Assembly (NCBI GenBank): GCA_964608675.1
Contig: CAZSOZ010000002.1
Location: forward strand, 64,001 to 128,000
Direction of reading: 5' to 3'
Source of the DNA: an uncultured archaeon
GTDB lineage: Archaea > Iainarchaeota > Iainarchaeia > Iainarchaeales > 1-14-0-10-31-34
Length of the DNA stretch: 64,000 bases
The notes beneath the pieces were generated by a model. The model did not search any database. It had not been told where the DNA came from and saw only the letters and a program-made list of their open reading frames with translations. The position numbers and the translations under genes were made by a program. Positions within the stretch are counted from its first letter, which is position 1. Each line of letters starts with the position of its first letter. Below are positions 48,494 through 57,204 of the stretch, one piece after another.

Positions 48494-49744
48494 TTATTTT
48501 TTGTATTTTGGGTTTTCAATTAATTCTTCTATTCTCAGAAGCTGATTGTATTTTGCGTTTCTGTCGCTTCTGGCTGGAGCCCCAAATTTTGACTGGCCTG
48601 CCCCCAAACCAACAACTAAATCTGCAATAAATGCATCCTCTGATTCCCCGCTTCTGTGGGAAACAATTACATTCCAGTTATGTTTGAATGAAAGCAAAGC
48701 CGAATCAATTGATTCTGAAACGCTTCCAATCTGGTTTACTTTTAATAAAAGTGCATTGCAGGATTTTTCTTTCACTGCTTTTTCAATGAATTTAATGTTG
48801 CTTACAAGCAAATCGTCTCCTACTATTTGAATTTTTTTTCCAAGTTTTGAAGTTAATTCTTTCCAGCCTTCCCAGTCATTTTCTGCCATTCCGTCTTCGA
48901 TTGAATAAATATTAAATTTTTCAGCTAAATTTGCATAAAAGTCTGTGAGTTCTCCTGCAGTATAAGTTCTGTTTCCCAGCAAATATTTCTCGTTTTCATA
49001 AAATTCACTTGAAGCGCAGTCAACTGCAAGCTCAACTTTTTTTTCATAACCGTTTTCTTCTATTGCTTTTGTTATTAATTCCAGTTTTTGTTCTTCGTCT
49101 GCAGTTTTTGCAACAAATCCTCCTTCATCGCCAATTAATCCTGCAGGATAACCGTATTTTTGTTTCATTAATTTTTTTAGTGAATGATAAATTTCTGTTG
49201 AAATCTGCATTGCTTCAGAAAAATTTTTTGCTCCTGAAGGATAAATCATTCTTTCCTGTATGTCATGTTTCAGTCCTGCGTGTTTTCCTCCATTTAATAT
49301 ATTCATTTGAGGGGCAGGAAGACAAAATTCTTTTATTCCTGCAAGTTCTCCTAAGTATTTGTATAAAGGAATTTCTTTTGCTTTTGCTCCTCCTCTTGCT
49401 ATTGCCATGCTGACAGAAACAATAGCATTTGCTCCTAAAACTGACTTGTTTTCTGTTCCGTCTAAATCAAGCATTATTTTATCTAATTCTGCCTGCTGTG
49501 TTATTTGTCTTCCTTTCAGCTTAGAAGAAATTTTTGAATTAATGTTTTCAACTGCTTTTTTTACTCCTCTTCCTTTGAATGCTTTTTCTTTGTCTCTTAA
49601 TTCTATTGCTTCATTGCTTCCGGTTGATGCCCCTGAAGCAACTATTGCTCTTGAAATTATTTTTCCTGCTTTTACTTCTGCTTCAACTGTCGGATTGCCT
49701 CTAGAATCAAAAACCTGTCTTCCTTTAACATAATCAATTTTCAT
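48494..49744 (-). CDS. eno: Enolase
   Basis: DSRGNPTVE, SGASTG, GDEGG, LLKVNQIG and SHRSGE. Confidence 0.98.
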   Translation of the reverse strand: MKIDYVKGRQVFDSRGNPTVEAEVKAGKIISRAIVASGASTGSNEAIELRDKEKAFKGRGVKKAVENINSKISSKLKGRQITQQAELDKIMLDLDGTENKSVLGANAIVSVSMAIARGGAKAKEIPLYKYLGELAGIKEFCLPAPQMNILNGGKHAGLKHDIQERMIYPSGAKNFSEAMQISTEIYHSLKKLMKQKYGYPAGLIGDEGGFVAKTADEEQKLELITKAIEENGYEKKVELAVDCASSEFYENEKYLLGNRTYTAGELTDFYANLAEKFNIYSIEDGMAENDWEGWKELTSKLGKKIQIVGDDLLVSNIKFIEKAVKEKSCNALLLKVNQIGSVSESIDSALLSFKHNWNVIVSHRSGESEDAFIADLVVGLGAGQSKFGAPARSDRNAKYNQLLRIEELIENPKYKK

Positions 49745-49825
49745 TTTAATTCATCTCCAGAACTTAAAAAATCAAATAATATAAAAATCCAAAAAATATT
49801 TAAATCCAGAGAACTTAATTAATAC

Positions 49826-49960
49826 ATGAAACCAAAAAACAGGAAGCCAAATCAATTAAAAAAAAAATCAAATAAAAGTCCGTTAAAGACTAAACCAGTT
49901 AAAGTAGCTAAAATAAAAAAAACCAATAAAGGACTTGTTATTTCATTTACTAAAGCATGA
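49826..49960 (+). CDS. 44-aa basic peptide (not in ORF track)
   Basis: Hand translation MKPKNRKPNQLKKKSNKSPLKTKPVKVAKIKKTNKGLVISFTKA. Confidence 0.45.
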   Translation: MKPKNRKPNQLKKKSNKSPLKTKPVKVAKIKKTNKGLVISFTKA

Positions 49961-50054
49961 TTTTTTTTAATGAAATTTTGTTTTGAAATTCAAACTGATT
50001 TTGTTTTTAAAGGTTTTTGACGTCAAATTATATGTGAATCCTTCCAGTGGTAAA

Positions 50055-51029
50055 ATGACAGAAAATGAATTCGAATTAAAGGTTTTCAGCGGAAGAGCTA
50101 ACTCCAAGCTTGCTGAAGAAATCGCTTCTTTTTTGGGTGAACCACTGGGCAAAATCAATATTTCTAATTTCAATGATGGAGAAATAAACCTTGAAATAAA
50201 TGAATCTGTCAGAGGACATGATATTTTTTTTATTCAGCCAACTTGTTTTCCTACAAATGAAACATTAATGGAACTGCTTTTGTTTTTGGATGCCGCAAAA
50301 AGAGCTTCGGCTAAAAGAATTACTGCAGTGCTTCCTTATTATGGTTATGCAAGACAGGATAGAAAAAGTTCTCCGAGAACTCCAATTAGTGCAAAACTGG
50401 CAGCAGACTTAATTACTGTTGCAGGCGCCAGCAGAGTTTTAGCAGTAGATTTGCATGCAGCACAAATTCAAGGTTTTTTTAATATTCAATTAGATAATTT
50501 GACAGCAAAACTTCTTATTGCAGAACACATCAAACAAAAAAAAATTTCAAAATTAAGCATTGTTTCTCCTGACATTGGAGGAGTAAGAAGAGCAAGAGAT
50601 TTAGCTAAAATGCTTGATGCAGAATTAGTGATTGTAGATAAATACAGAGAAAAACCAAATAAATCTCAGGTCATGAATATAATTGGAAACGTGAAAGGAA
50701 GAAACTGTATTATGGTTGATGACATAATTGATACAGCAGGAACAATGTGTGCTGCAGCAAAAGAAATCAAAAAGAAAGGAGCATTGTCTGTTAGAGCGTA
50801 TGCAACTCATCCGGTTTTGTCAGGAAAAGCAATAGAAAAAATTTGTGATGCGCCAATAAAAGAAGTGGTTGTATCTGATTCAATTCCATTAAATGGAAAA
50901 GCAAAAAAATGCAAACAAATACAGGTTTTTTCAATTTCAGAACTGCTGGCAAAAGCCATCCAAAACATTCACACTTCACAATCAGTTTCCGAATTATTTG
51001 AATTAGACAAGCAAGTCAAATTAGTATAG
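50055..51029 (+). CDS. prs: Ribose-phosphate pyrophosphokinase, bacterial class I-like
   Basis: FNDGEI, PYYGYARQDRK, DLHAAQIQGFF and VDDIIDTAGT. Confidence 0.97.
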   Translation: MTENEFELKVFSGRANSKLAEEIASFLGEPLGKINISNFNDGEINLEINESVRGHDIFFIQPTCFPTNETLMELLLFLDAAKRASAKRITAVLPYYGYARQDRKSSPRTPISAKLAADLITVAGASRVLAVDLHAAQIQGFFNIQLDNLTAKLLIAEHIKQKKISKLSIVSPDIGGVRRARDLAKMLDAELVIVDKYREKPNKSQVMNIIGNVKGRNCIMVDDIIDTAGTMCAAAKEIKKKGALSVRAYATHPVLSGKAIEKICDAPIKEVVVSDSIPLNGKAKKCKQIQVFSISELLAKAIQNIHTSQSVSELFELDKQVKLV

Positions 51030-51113
51030 AATTAAAATCTTTTCCAGTAAACAAATAATTAAGGCAAACCTAATTATGCGTTTTTATTTGGTTTAATTTT
51101 TAACGTGGTTTAA

Positions 51114-53693
51114 ATGATTTCATTTCAAAAAGAAAAATACTCTGATAAAGAGATTTTTGGGATGCTTCATCCATTGCTTAAAGACTGGTTTAAAGGAAAA
51201 TTTGAATCTTTCACTGAACCGCAAAAGTATGCAATTCCAAATATCCACAACAAAGAAAACACTTTGATTAGTGCAGTAACTGGAAGCGGGAAAACTTTGT
51301 CTGCGTTCACTGCTATACTCAATGAATTAATTTTCCTTTCAGAACAAGAAAAATTAGAAAACAAAGTTTATGCAGTTTACATTTCGCCTTTAAAGGCATT
51401 GAATAATGACATCAGAAGAAACTTAATTGAACCGTTAAGGGAAATGCAGGAGTCAAGAGAAAAAAAAATGGGAATCAGAGTTGGAGTTAGAACTGGAGAC
51501 ACTTCTAGTTCAGAGAAAGCAAAAATGCTTAGAACCACCCCACATATTTTAATCACAACTCCGGAATCTTTGGCAATAATTTTGAATGCACCAAAATTCA
51601 AGGAAAAATTAAAGGAAGCAAAATGGTTAATAGTGGATGAAATTCATGCTTTGGCAAACAATAAGCGGGGTTCGCATCTTTCAATTTCAATGGAACGCCT
51701 GCAAAAAATTTCTCCTGAAATAACTAGAATAGGATTAAGCGCTACAATTGCGCCAATAAAAGAAATAGCAGGCTTTTTGGTTGGATTAGAAAAAGAAAAA
51801 ACAAGAAAATGCAAAGTAATTGAAGCAAAACTAGAAAAAAAACTGAATTTAAAAGTTTTGTCTCCTTTGCCTAATTTAATTGATGTTTCTCCTCAAAAAA
51901 TTCATAAAAAATTATATGAGTTGCTTCATCAGTTAATTCAAGACCATAAAACCACTTTGGTTTTCACTAACACTAGAAGTGCAACAGAAAGAGTTGTTCA
52001 TAATTTAAAAGACAAGTTTCCAGAAAAGTATTCAGGAAATATTGGCGCTCATCATTCTTCTTTGTCAAGAGAACATAGGTTGAATACAGAGGAAAAACTG
52101 AAAAAAGGAGAATTAAAGGCTGTTGTAAGTTCGACTTCACTTGAATTAGGAATAGATATTGGTTTTATTGATTTAGTAGTATTATTAGGAAGCCCTAAAA
52201 GTGTTGCAAGAGCTTTGCAGAGAACAGGGCGTTCAGGACACAAACTCCATGACGAAATAAAAGGAAGAATAATTGTTTTGGACAGAGATGATTTAATTGA
52301 ATGCTGTTTGCTTCAAAAAAATGCATTAGAACACAAAATTGACCGAATTCAAATTCCACAGAATCCTTTGGATGTACTTGCCCAGCAAATTTACGGTATT
52401 GCAATAGAAGAACCAAGAAAAGCAGAAGAAATATATGAATTAATTAAACAAGCATATCCTTTCAGAGAATTAAAAAGAAGTTCTTTTTATGAAATAATTG
52501 ATTATCTTTCAGGAGAATTTGTTTCTTTAGAGCAAAGAAATGTTTATGCAAAAATATGGTTTGACAAAGAAACAGGAATGATAGGTAAAAGAGGAAAAAT
52601 GGCAAGAATAATTTATATGACAAATATTGGAACTATTCCTGATGAAGCAAGAATTACAGTTAAAATAAAAGATCAAAAAATAGGCACAATAGATGAAGGT
52701 TTTCTGGAAAGACTAAAAAAAGGAGATGTATTTGTTTTAGGAGGGCAAAGCTATGAATTTAGGTATGCTTTAGGAATGACTGCACAGGTTTTAGCTGCAT
52801 ACAAAAGGCCTCCGACTGTTCCATCTTGGTTCAGTGAAATGCTTCCATTAAGTTTTGATTTGGCTTTAGAAATACAGAAATTTCGTGAATTAATGGAAAA
52901 AAAATTCAAAGAAAAAGAAAGTGAAAAGGAAATCAGAGAATTCATCAAAAAATATCTTTATGTAGAAGATATTACTGTTGATGCAGTTTATAATTATTTT
53001 AAAGAACAATTTTTGTTTTTGGAAGTCCCTCATTCAAAAAAATTTTTAATTGAAGTTTTTGCTGAAGGAAACTTAAAGCATGCGGTTTTTCATTCTTTGT
53101 ATGGCAGAAGAGTTAATGATGCTTTAAGCAGAGCTTATGCTTTTGCTTTAAGCAGGTTTATTCACAAAGACGTTGAATTAACGGTTAATGATAATGGTTT
53201 TGTTTTAAGCGTTAACACTAAAATGCCTTTAGAGAAAGTTTTGAAGACAGTCACTTCAAAGGAATTAAGGAAAATTCTTGTTTTTGCAATAGAAAAAACC
53301 GAGGTTTTGAACAGAAGATTCAGGCATTGTGCTGTAAGAAGCTTAATGATTCTGCGTTCTTATAAGGGAAGAACAAAAACAGCAGGAAAACAGCAGATGG
53401 CTTCACGTTTATTAATTAATGCAGTCCGAAGAGTAAGCAATGAATTCCCTGTTTTAAAGGAAGCCAGAAGAGAAGTTTTAGAGGATTTAATGGATATCCA
53501 TAACGCAGAAAAAGTTTTGCAGGGAATTGAATCAGGTTTAATTAAAGCAAAAATTGTTTTTACAGATATCCCTTCTCCTTTTGCTTTTAATTTGTTTTTG
53601 CAGGGAAGAATGGATTTAATGAAAATAGAAGACAAAATCGAATTTCTGAAAAGGCTTCATGGACAAATTCAGGAAAGAATTAAAGAAAAATAA
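51114..53693 (+). CDS. lhr: Lhr-family SF2 helicase
   Basis: TGSGKT, SPLKALNND, DEIH, SAT, LELGIDIG, QRTGRSGH and P-SPFA. Confidence 0.95.
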   Translation: MISFQKEKYSDKEIFGMLHPLLKDWFKGKFESFTEPQKYAIPNIHNKENTLISAVTGSGKTLSAFTAILNELIFLSEQEKLENKVYAVYISPLKALNNDIRRNLIEPLREMQESREKKMGIRVGVRTGDTSSSEKAKMLRTTPHILITTPESLAIILNAPKFKEKLKEAKWLIVDEIHALANNKRGSHLSISMERLQKISPEITRIGLSATIAPIKEIAGFLVGLEKEKTRKCKVIEAKLEKKLNLKVLSPLPNLIDVSPQKIHKKLYELLHQLIQDHKTTLVFTNTRSATERVVHNLKDKFPEKYSGNIGAHHSSLSREHRLNTEEKLKKGELKAVVSSTSLELGIDIGFIDLVVLLGSPKSVARALQRTGRSGHKLHDEIKGRIIVLDRDDLIECCLLQKNALEHKIDRIQIPQNPLDVLAQQIYGIAIEEPRKAEEIYELIKQAYPFRELKRSSFYEIIDYLSGEFVSLEQRNVYAKIWFDKETGMIGKRGKMARIIYMTNIGTIPDEARITVKIKDQKIGTIDEGFLERLKKGDVFVLGGQSYEFRYALGMTAQVLAAYKRPPTVPSWFSEMLPLSFDLALEIQKFRELMEKKFKEKESEKEIREFIKKYLYVEDITVDAVYNYFKEQFLFLEVPHSKKFLIEVFAEGNLKHAVFHSLYGRRVNDALSRAYAFALSRFIHKDVELTVNDNGFVLSVNTKMPLEKVLKTVTSKELRKILVFAIEKTEVLNRRFRHCAVRSLMILRSYKGRTKTAGKQQMASRLLINAVRRVSNEFPVLKEARREVLEDLMDIHNAEKVLQGIESGLIKAKIVFTDIPSPFAFNLFLQGRMDLMKIEDKIEFLKRLHGQIQERIKEK

Positions 53694-53732
53694 AAACAAT
53701 ATTAATAAGAAAAAAAATGAAGAAGTGAAAAA

Positions 53733-54458
53733 ATGAACTCCAAAAAAATTCTTTCAAATGCAGAAATAATTGATTTAAGCTTATTTTTTTTTAAAGAAAA
53801 AATTTTAGTTATAACAGACATGCATTTAGGCTATGAAGAAGCTTTGATTAGACAAGGAACTTTTATTCCTAAAAGCAATTTTGCTGATTCAGTTGAACGC
53901 CTTAAAAAAATTTTCAGGAAAACAGGAAAACTTGAAAAAATAATTATTTTAGGAGACTTAAAACATGAATTTGGATTAATTTCACACCAAGAATGGAAAG
54001 AAATAACTGAAATGCTTTCTTTTTTGGGAAAACACTGCAGTCAAATAATTTTATTGAAAGGAAATCATGATAAAATTTTGGAGCCAATAGCTAAATGGAA
54101 AAATCTTTCTTTAAAAAACTCTTTTTTTCTTAAAAAACAAAAAATTTTGTTTCTGCACGGCGACAAAATCAGACAAGAAAAAAATTTTAGTTCAGCTGAA
54201 ACAATTGTAATAGGTCACGAACACCCTGCAATTTCTTTAAGAGAAGAAGGCAGACAAGAAAAATTTAAATGTTTTTTGAAAGGAACTTATGGAAAAAAAA
54301 TTCTTGTAGTCCTGCCTTCTTTTAATGCTGTTCTTGAAGGACAAGATTTATTCAAAGAAAACCTCTTAAGTCCTTTTCTGCATCAGGACATTAATTCATT
54401 TGAAGTCTGGGTTGTTGGAGATAAAACTTATTATTTTGGAAAAATAAAAAATATATAG
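53733..54458 (+). CDS. Lhr-associated metallophosphoesterase (MPE)
   Basis: DMHLG, LGDLKH, GNHD, HGD, GHEHP and LPSFN. Confidence 0.92.
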   Translation: MNSKKILSNAEIIDLSLFFFKEKILVITDMHLGYEEALIRQGTFIPKSNFADSVERLKKIFRKTGKLEKIIILGDLKHEFGLISHQEWKEITEMLSFLGKHCSQIILLKGNHDKILEPIAKWKNLSLKNSFFLKKQKILFLHGDKIRQEKNFSSAETIVIGHEHPAISLREEGRQEKFKCFLKGTYGKKILVVLPSFNAVLEGQDLFKENLLSPFLHQDINSFEVWVVGDKTYYFGKIKNI

Positions 54459-54515
54459 AAAACTAAAAAAAAAAGTAAAAAAAATAATTAAAAAAAAAAG
54501 AAAGCAACCATGAAA

Positions 54516-54712
54516 TGGGGCCGTTGGGATTTGAACCCAAGCCGCAGCGTTGTCCGAAATCTTGCAGTGCAGGCTTGCCTGCACTTTTTGGCAATACTAA
54601 AATCTTTGATTTTAGTGTGCATTTAATTCTTTCTGAGAATTAAATTGCAACCTGCCTTTTGGAAAAGGCAGTTTCCCGAACGCTGAATCCTACCAAACTA
54701 GACTACGGCCCC
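54516..54712 (-). tRNA. tRNA-Pro(CGG) with a 124-nt intron at canonical position 37/38 (intron 54551-54674); CCA not encoded
   Basis: Acceptor GGGGCCG/CGGCCCC-A, D arm GTCT/GGAT, anticodon stem CAGCG/CGCTG with TT-CGG-G, T arm TTGGG-TTCAAAT-CCCAA. BHB: TTCG pairs with intron CGGA, bulges GG|A and CA|A. Confidence 0.93.
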
Positions 54713-54719
54713 CAAACTG

Positions 54720-54739
54720 CTGATGTAAGTTTACATCAG
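54720..54739. repeat. Perfect 20-bp palindrome in the tRNA leader
   Basis: CTGATGTAA-gt-TTACATCAG, 7 nt upstream of tRNA G1. Confidence 0.8.
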
Positions 54740-54925
54740 AGAATTATCTTGGATTTGCTTGATAAATTACCTTTAAACTTCATTAATGCTATAATAAATT
54801 TGAACAACAAAAAATAAAAATCAGTTGAATTTTTTTGAGTGAAGAGTTTTATTAAAATCTATTGCAGGCAGTCATGTTTAAATATTTTAGTTTAGTTAAT
54901 ATTTAGGTTTAATTTGGTGGGAAAA

Positions 54926-56617
54926 ATGGGAAAAAAACAGTTGAGTGAAATAGGAAAACAATCTGTTGATTCAGAATTTTTTACTCCTATTCCTGAAGGA
55001 TACAAAAAAGGAAAAACAAAATTTATTATTATAACTGGTTCAGTGATAAGCGGAATAGGAAAAGGAACTGTAACAAGTTCTATTTCAAAACTTTTAGAAG
55101 AACGAGGATTGACTGTTTCTCCAATGAAAGCAGAAGCATATTATAATGTTGATGCAGGCACTCTTAATCCATTCAGGCACGGAGAAGTTTTTGTTTTGGA
55201 TGACGGAACAGAAACAGACATGGATTTGGGGTCTTATGAAAGATTTATCAGCAGAAATTTAAGCAAAGAAAATTATTTGACGACAGGAAAAATTTTAACT
55301 GAAATTTTAGAAAAAGAGAGAGCAGGAAAATATTTGGGGAGAGACGTTCAGTTTATTCCTCATGTAACAGGTGAAACAAAAAAGTATTTTAGAAAGCTTG
55401 CAGTTGACTCTAAAGCAGACGTGGTTTTAATTGAAATAGGAGGCACAGTAGGAGATTATGAAAACATGTATTTGCTGGAGGCAGCAAGACAGTTATGGTA
55501 TGAAGAAGGAGCAGAAAACGTGTGTTTTATTAATTTAACTTATGTTTTTGAACCTAAAACTTTGGGGGAACAAAAAAGTAAAGCAGCTCAGTTAGGAATA
55601 AAAAAAATGATTGAAATGGGTTTAATGCCTGATATTGTGATTTGCAGAAGTGAGAATCCAGTGCATGACAACATAAGAGAAAAAATCAGCGTATTTTCTA
55701 ATGTGCCTTTGAACAGAGTTATTGGTTTGCATGACTCAGATGAATTTTACAGGATTCCTTTAATGTTAAAAGAAAAAGGATTAGATAAAGCTATTTTTGA
55801 TGCATTAAAAATAAATGAAAAAAAACTTGATAACAATAAAAGCCTGGAAAAATGGACAAACAGAATGACTGTAGGAAACCCTCAAAAAAAAATTAATATT
55901 GGCATTGCAGGAAAATACACTGGATTAAAAGATTCTTATATTAGTATAATTAAAACTTTAGAACACTGTGAAACAGAATTCAACATTAAAATTAATGTTA
56001 AATGGATTGAAGCAACAGAAATCGAAAAAGGAAAAAAGAAAGCAGAAGAAGTTTTAAAGGAAGTCAATGGTTTAATTGTTCCAGGAGGATACGGCAAAAG
56101 AGGAGCAGAAGGAAAAATTGAATGCATTAAATATTGCAGGAAAAAAAACATTCCTTTTCTTGGAATTTGTTATGGCTTTCAGATGGCTTTAATTGAATTT
56201 GCAAGAAATGTTTTAGAAAAAAAGAATTCTCATACAGAAGAAATTAATCCAAAAGCAGATGATTTAGTTGTATGTCTTTTACCAGAACAAAAGAAAATTG
56301 AAGGGCTTGGAGGAAACAACCGATTAGGAGGATTTGATGTAGCAGTTAAAAAAAGTACTAAAGCATTTGAATTATATGGAAAAGAAACAATAAGAGAAAG
56401 ATTCCGCCATAGATATGAATGCAATCCTGATTATATTAAAGAATTTGAAGAAAAAGGAATGATCTTTTCAGGCAAAGCACCAAAAGTTGACATCATGCAA
56501 ATTTTAGAGCTTCCAGAACATAAATTCTTTTTTGCAGTACAATATCACCCTGAATTTACTTCAAGACCATTAAAACCTAATCCTTGTTTTAAGGGTTTAA
56601 TTAAATCCTGCCTGTAA
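54926..56617 (+). CDS. pyrG: CTP synthase
   Basis: TGSVISGIGKG, HGEVFVLDDGTETDMDLG, GICYGFQ, ERFRHRYE and QYHPEF. Confidence 0.98.
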   Translation: MGKKQLSEIGKQSVDSEFFTPIPEGYKKGKTKFIIITGSVISGIGKGTVTSSISKLLEERGLTVSPMKAEAYYNVDAGTLNPFRHGEVFVLDDGTETDMDLGSYERFISRNLSKENYLTTGKILTEILEKERAGKYLGRDVQFIPHVTGETKKYFRKLAVDSKADVVLIEIGGTVGDYENMYLLEAARQLWYEEGAENVCFINLTYVFEPKTLGEQKSKAAQLGIKKMIEMGLMPDIVICRSENPVHDNIREKISVFSNVPLNRVIGLHDSDEFYRIPLMLKEKGLDKAIFDALKINEKKLDNNKSLEKWTNRMTVGNPQKKINIGIAGKYTGLKDSYISIIKTLEHCETEFNIKINVKWIEATEIEKGKKKAEEVLKEVNGLIVPGGYGKRGAEGKIECIKYCRKKNIPFLGICYGFQMALIEFARNVLEKKNSHTEEINPKADDLVVCLLPEQKKIEGLGGNNRLGGFDVAVKKSTKAFELYGKETIRERFRHRYECNPDYIKEFEEKGMIFSGKAPKVDIMQILELPEHKFFFAVQYHPEFTSRPLKPNPCFKGLIKSCL

Positions 56618-56620
56618 TTT

Positions 56621-57037
56621 TCATTCTCCAATTGCTTTGAGTTCTATTTTTCTTGTTCTGGGCTTGTTGTCTAATTCAACAAAAACAATTTGCTGCCATG
56701 TTCCTGTAAGCAGTTTTGCTTTAGAAAAAGGAATAAACAAATCAGGTTTCAGCAAAGATGCACGGACATGTGAATGACCATTACCGTCATGCCATTTTAA
56801 GTTATGATAATATTTTCTTTTTGGAACAATTCTATCAAGGAATTCAGGAAAATCTTTCTGCAGGCCTTCTTCGAATTCAATTGTAGTTAATGCGCAAGTT
56901 GAACCGGTTGCAAACAAAAACAGGATTCCTTCCTGGAATCTGCTTTTTTTTAGTTCGTGTTCTGCTTCAATTGAAATATTAATTAAATGATTTTCTTTTT
57001 TTGACTGAAAGGAAATAGAAGAAGAAAACACATTCAT
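56621..57037 (-). CDS. yjbQ: YjbQ/UPF0047 family protein
   Basis: TTIEFEEGL, DGNGHSHVRASL and GTWQQIVFVELD; start reassigned to ATG 57037 after GGAGG. Confidence 0.92.
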   Translation of the reverse strand: MNVFSSSISFQSKKENHLINISIEAEHELKKSRFQEGILFLFATGSTCALTTIEFEEGLQKDFPEFLDRIVPKRKYYHNLKWHDGNGHSHVRASLLKPDLFIPFSKAKLLTGTWQQIVFVELDNKPRTRKIELKAIGE

Positions 57038-57204
57038 TTTTTTTCCTCCATCATTACTGGAATACCGTTTTCTATTTTGAATTCTTTTCTGCATTTACTG
57101 CATTCTAGTTTGTTTTTTTCTTTTAAGTAATTTAAATTTGATTTGCATTGAGGGCAGGCAAGAATTTCAATTAATTCTTTTGGCAGTTCATTTTTGCTGT
57201 TCAT
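57034..57204 (-). CDS. trm112: Trm112/YcaR-family zinc-ribbon protein, 56 aa (not in ORF track)
   Basis: Hand translation MNSKNELPKELIEILACPQCKSNLNYLKEKNKLECSKCRKEFKIENGIPVMMEEKK; ATGA overlaps at both ends. Confidence 0.9.
   Translation of the reverse strand: MNSKNELPKELIEILACPQCKSNLNYLKEKNKLECSKCRKEFKIENGIPVMMEEKK

Noticed and set aside
54460-54560. Integrated element at the tRNA 3' end
   Set aside because: No integrase, and no duplicated tRNA 3' fragment was seen; the flanks are housekeeping genes.
54551-54674. C/D-box guide RNA or ORF in the tRNA intron (as in euryarchaeal tRNA-Trp)
   Set aside because: The sense strand has no TGATGA or CTGA box and no meaningful ORF.
54551-54739. Mini CRISPR array
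   Set aside because: The palindromes are not copies of one repeat, there are no spacers, and no cas genes are in the window.
57095-57200. Apparent intergenic GC-richer patch resembling intron units
   Set aside because: It is the coding sequence of the Trm112-like gene on the minus strand.
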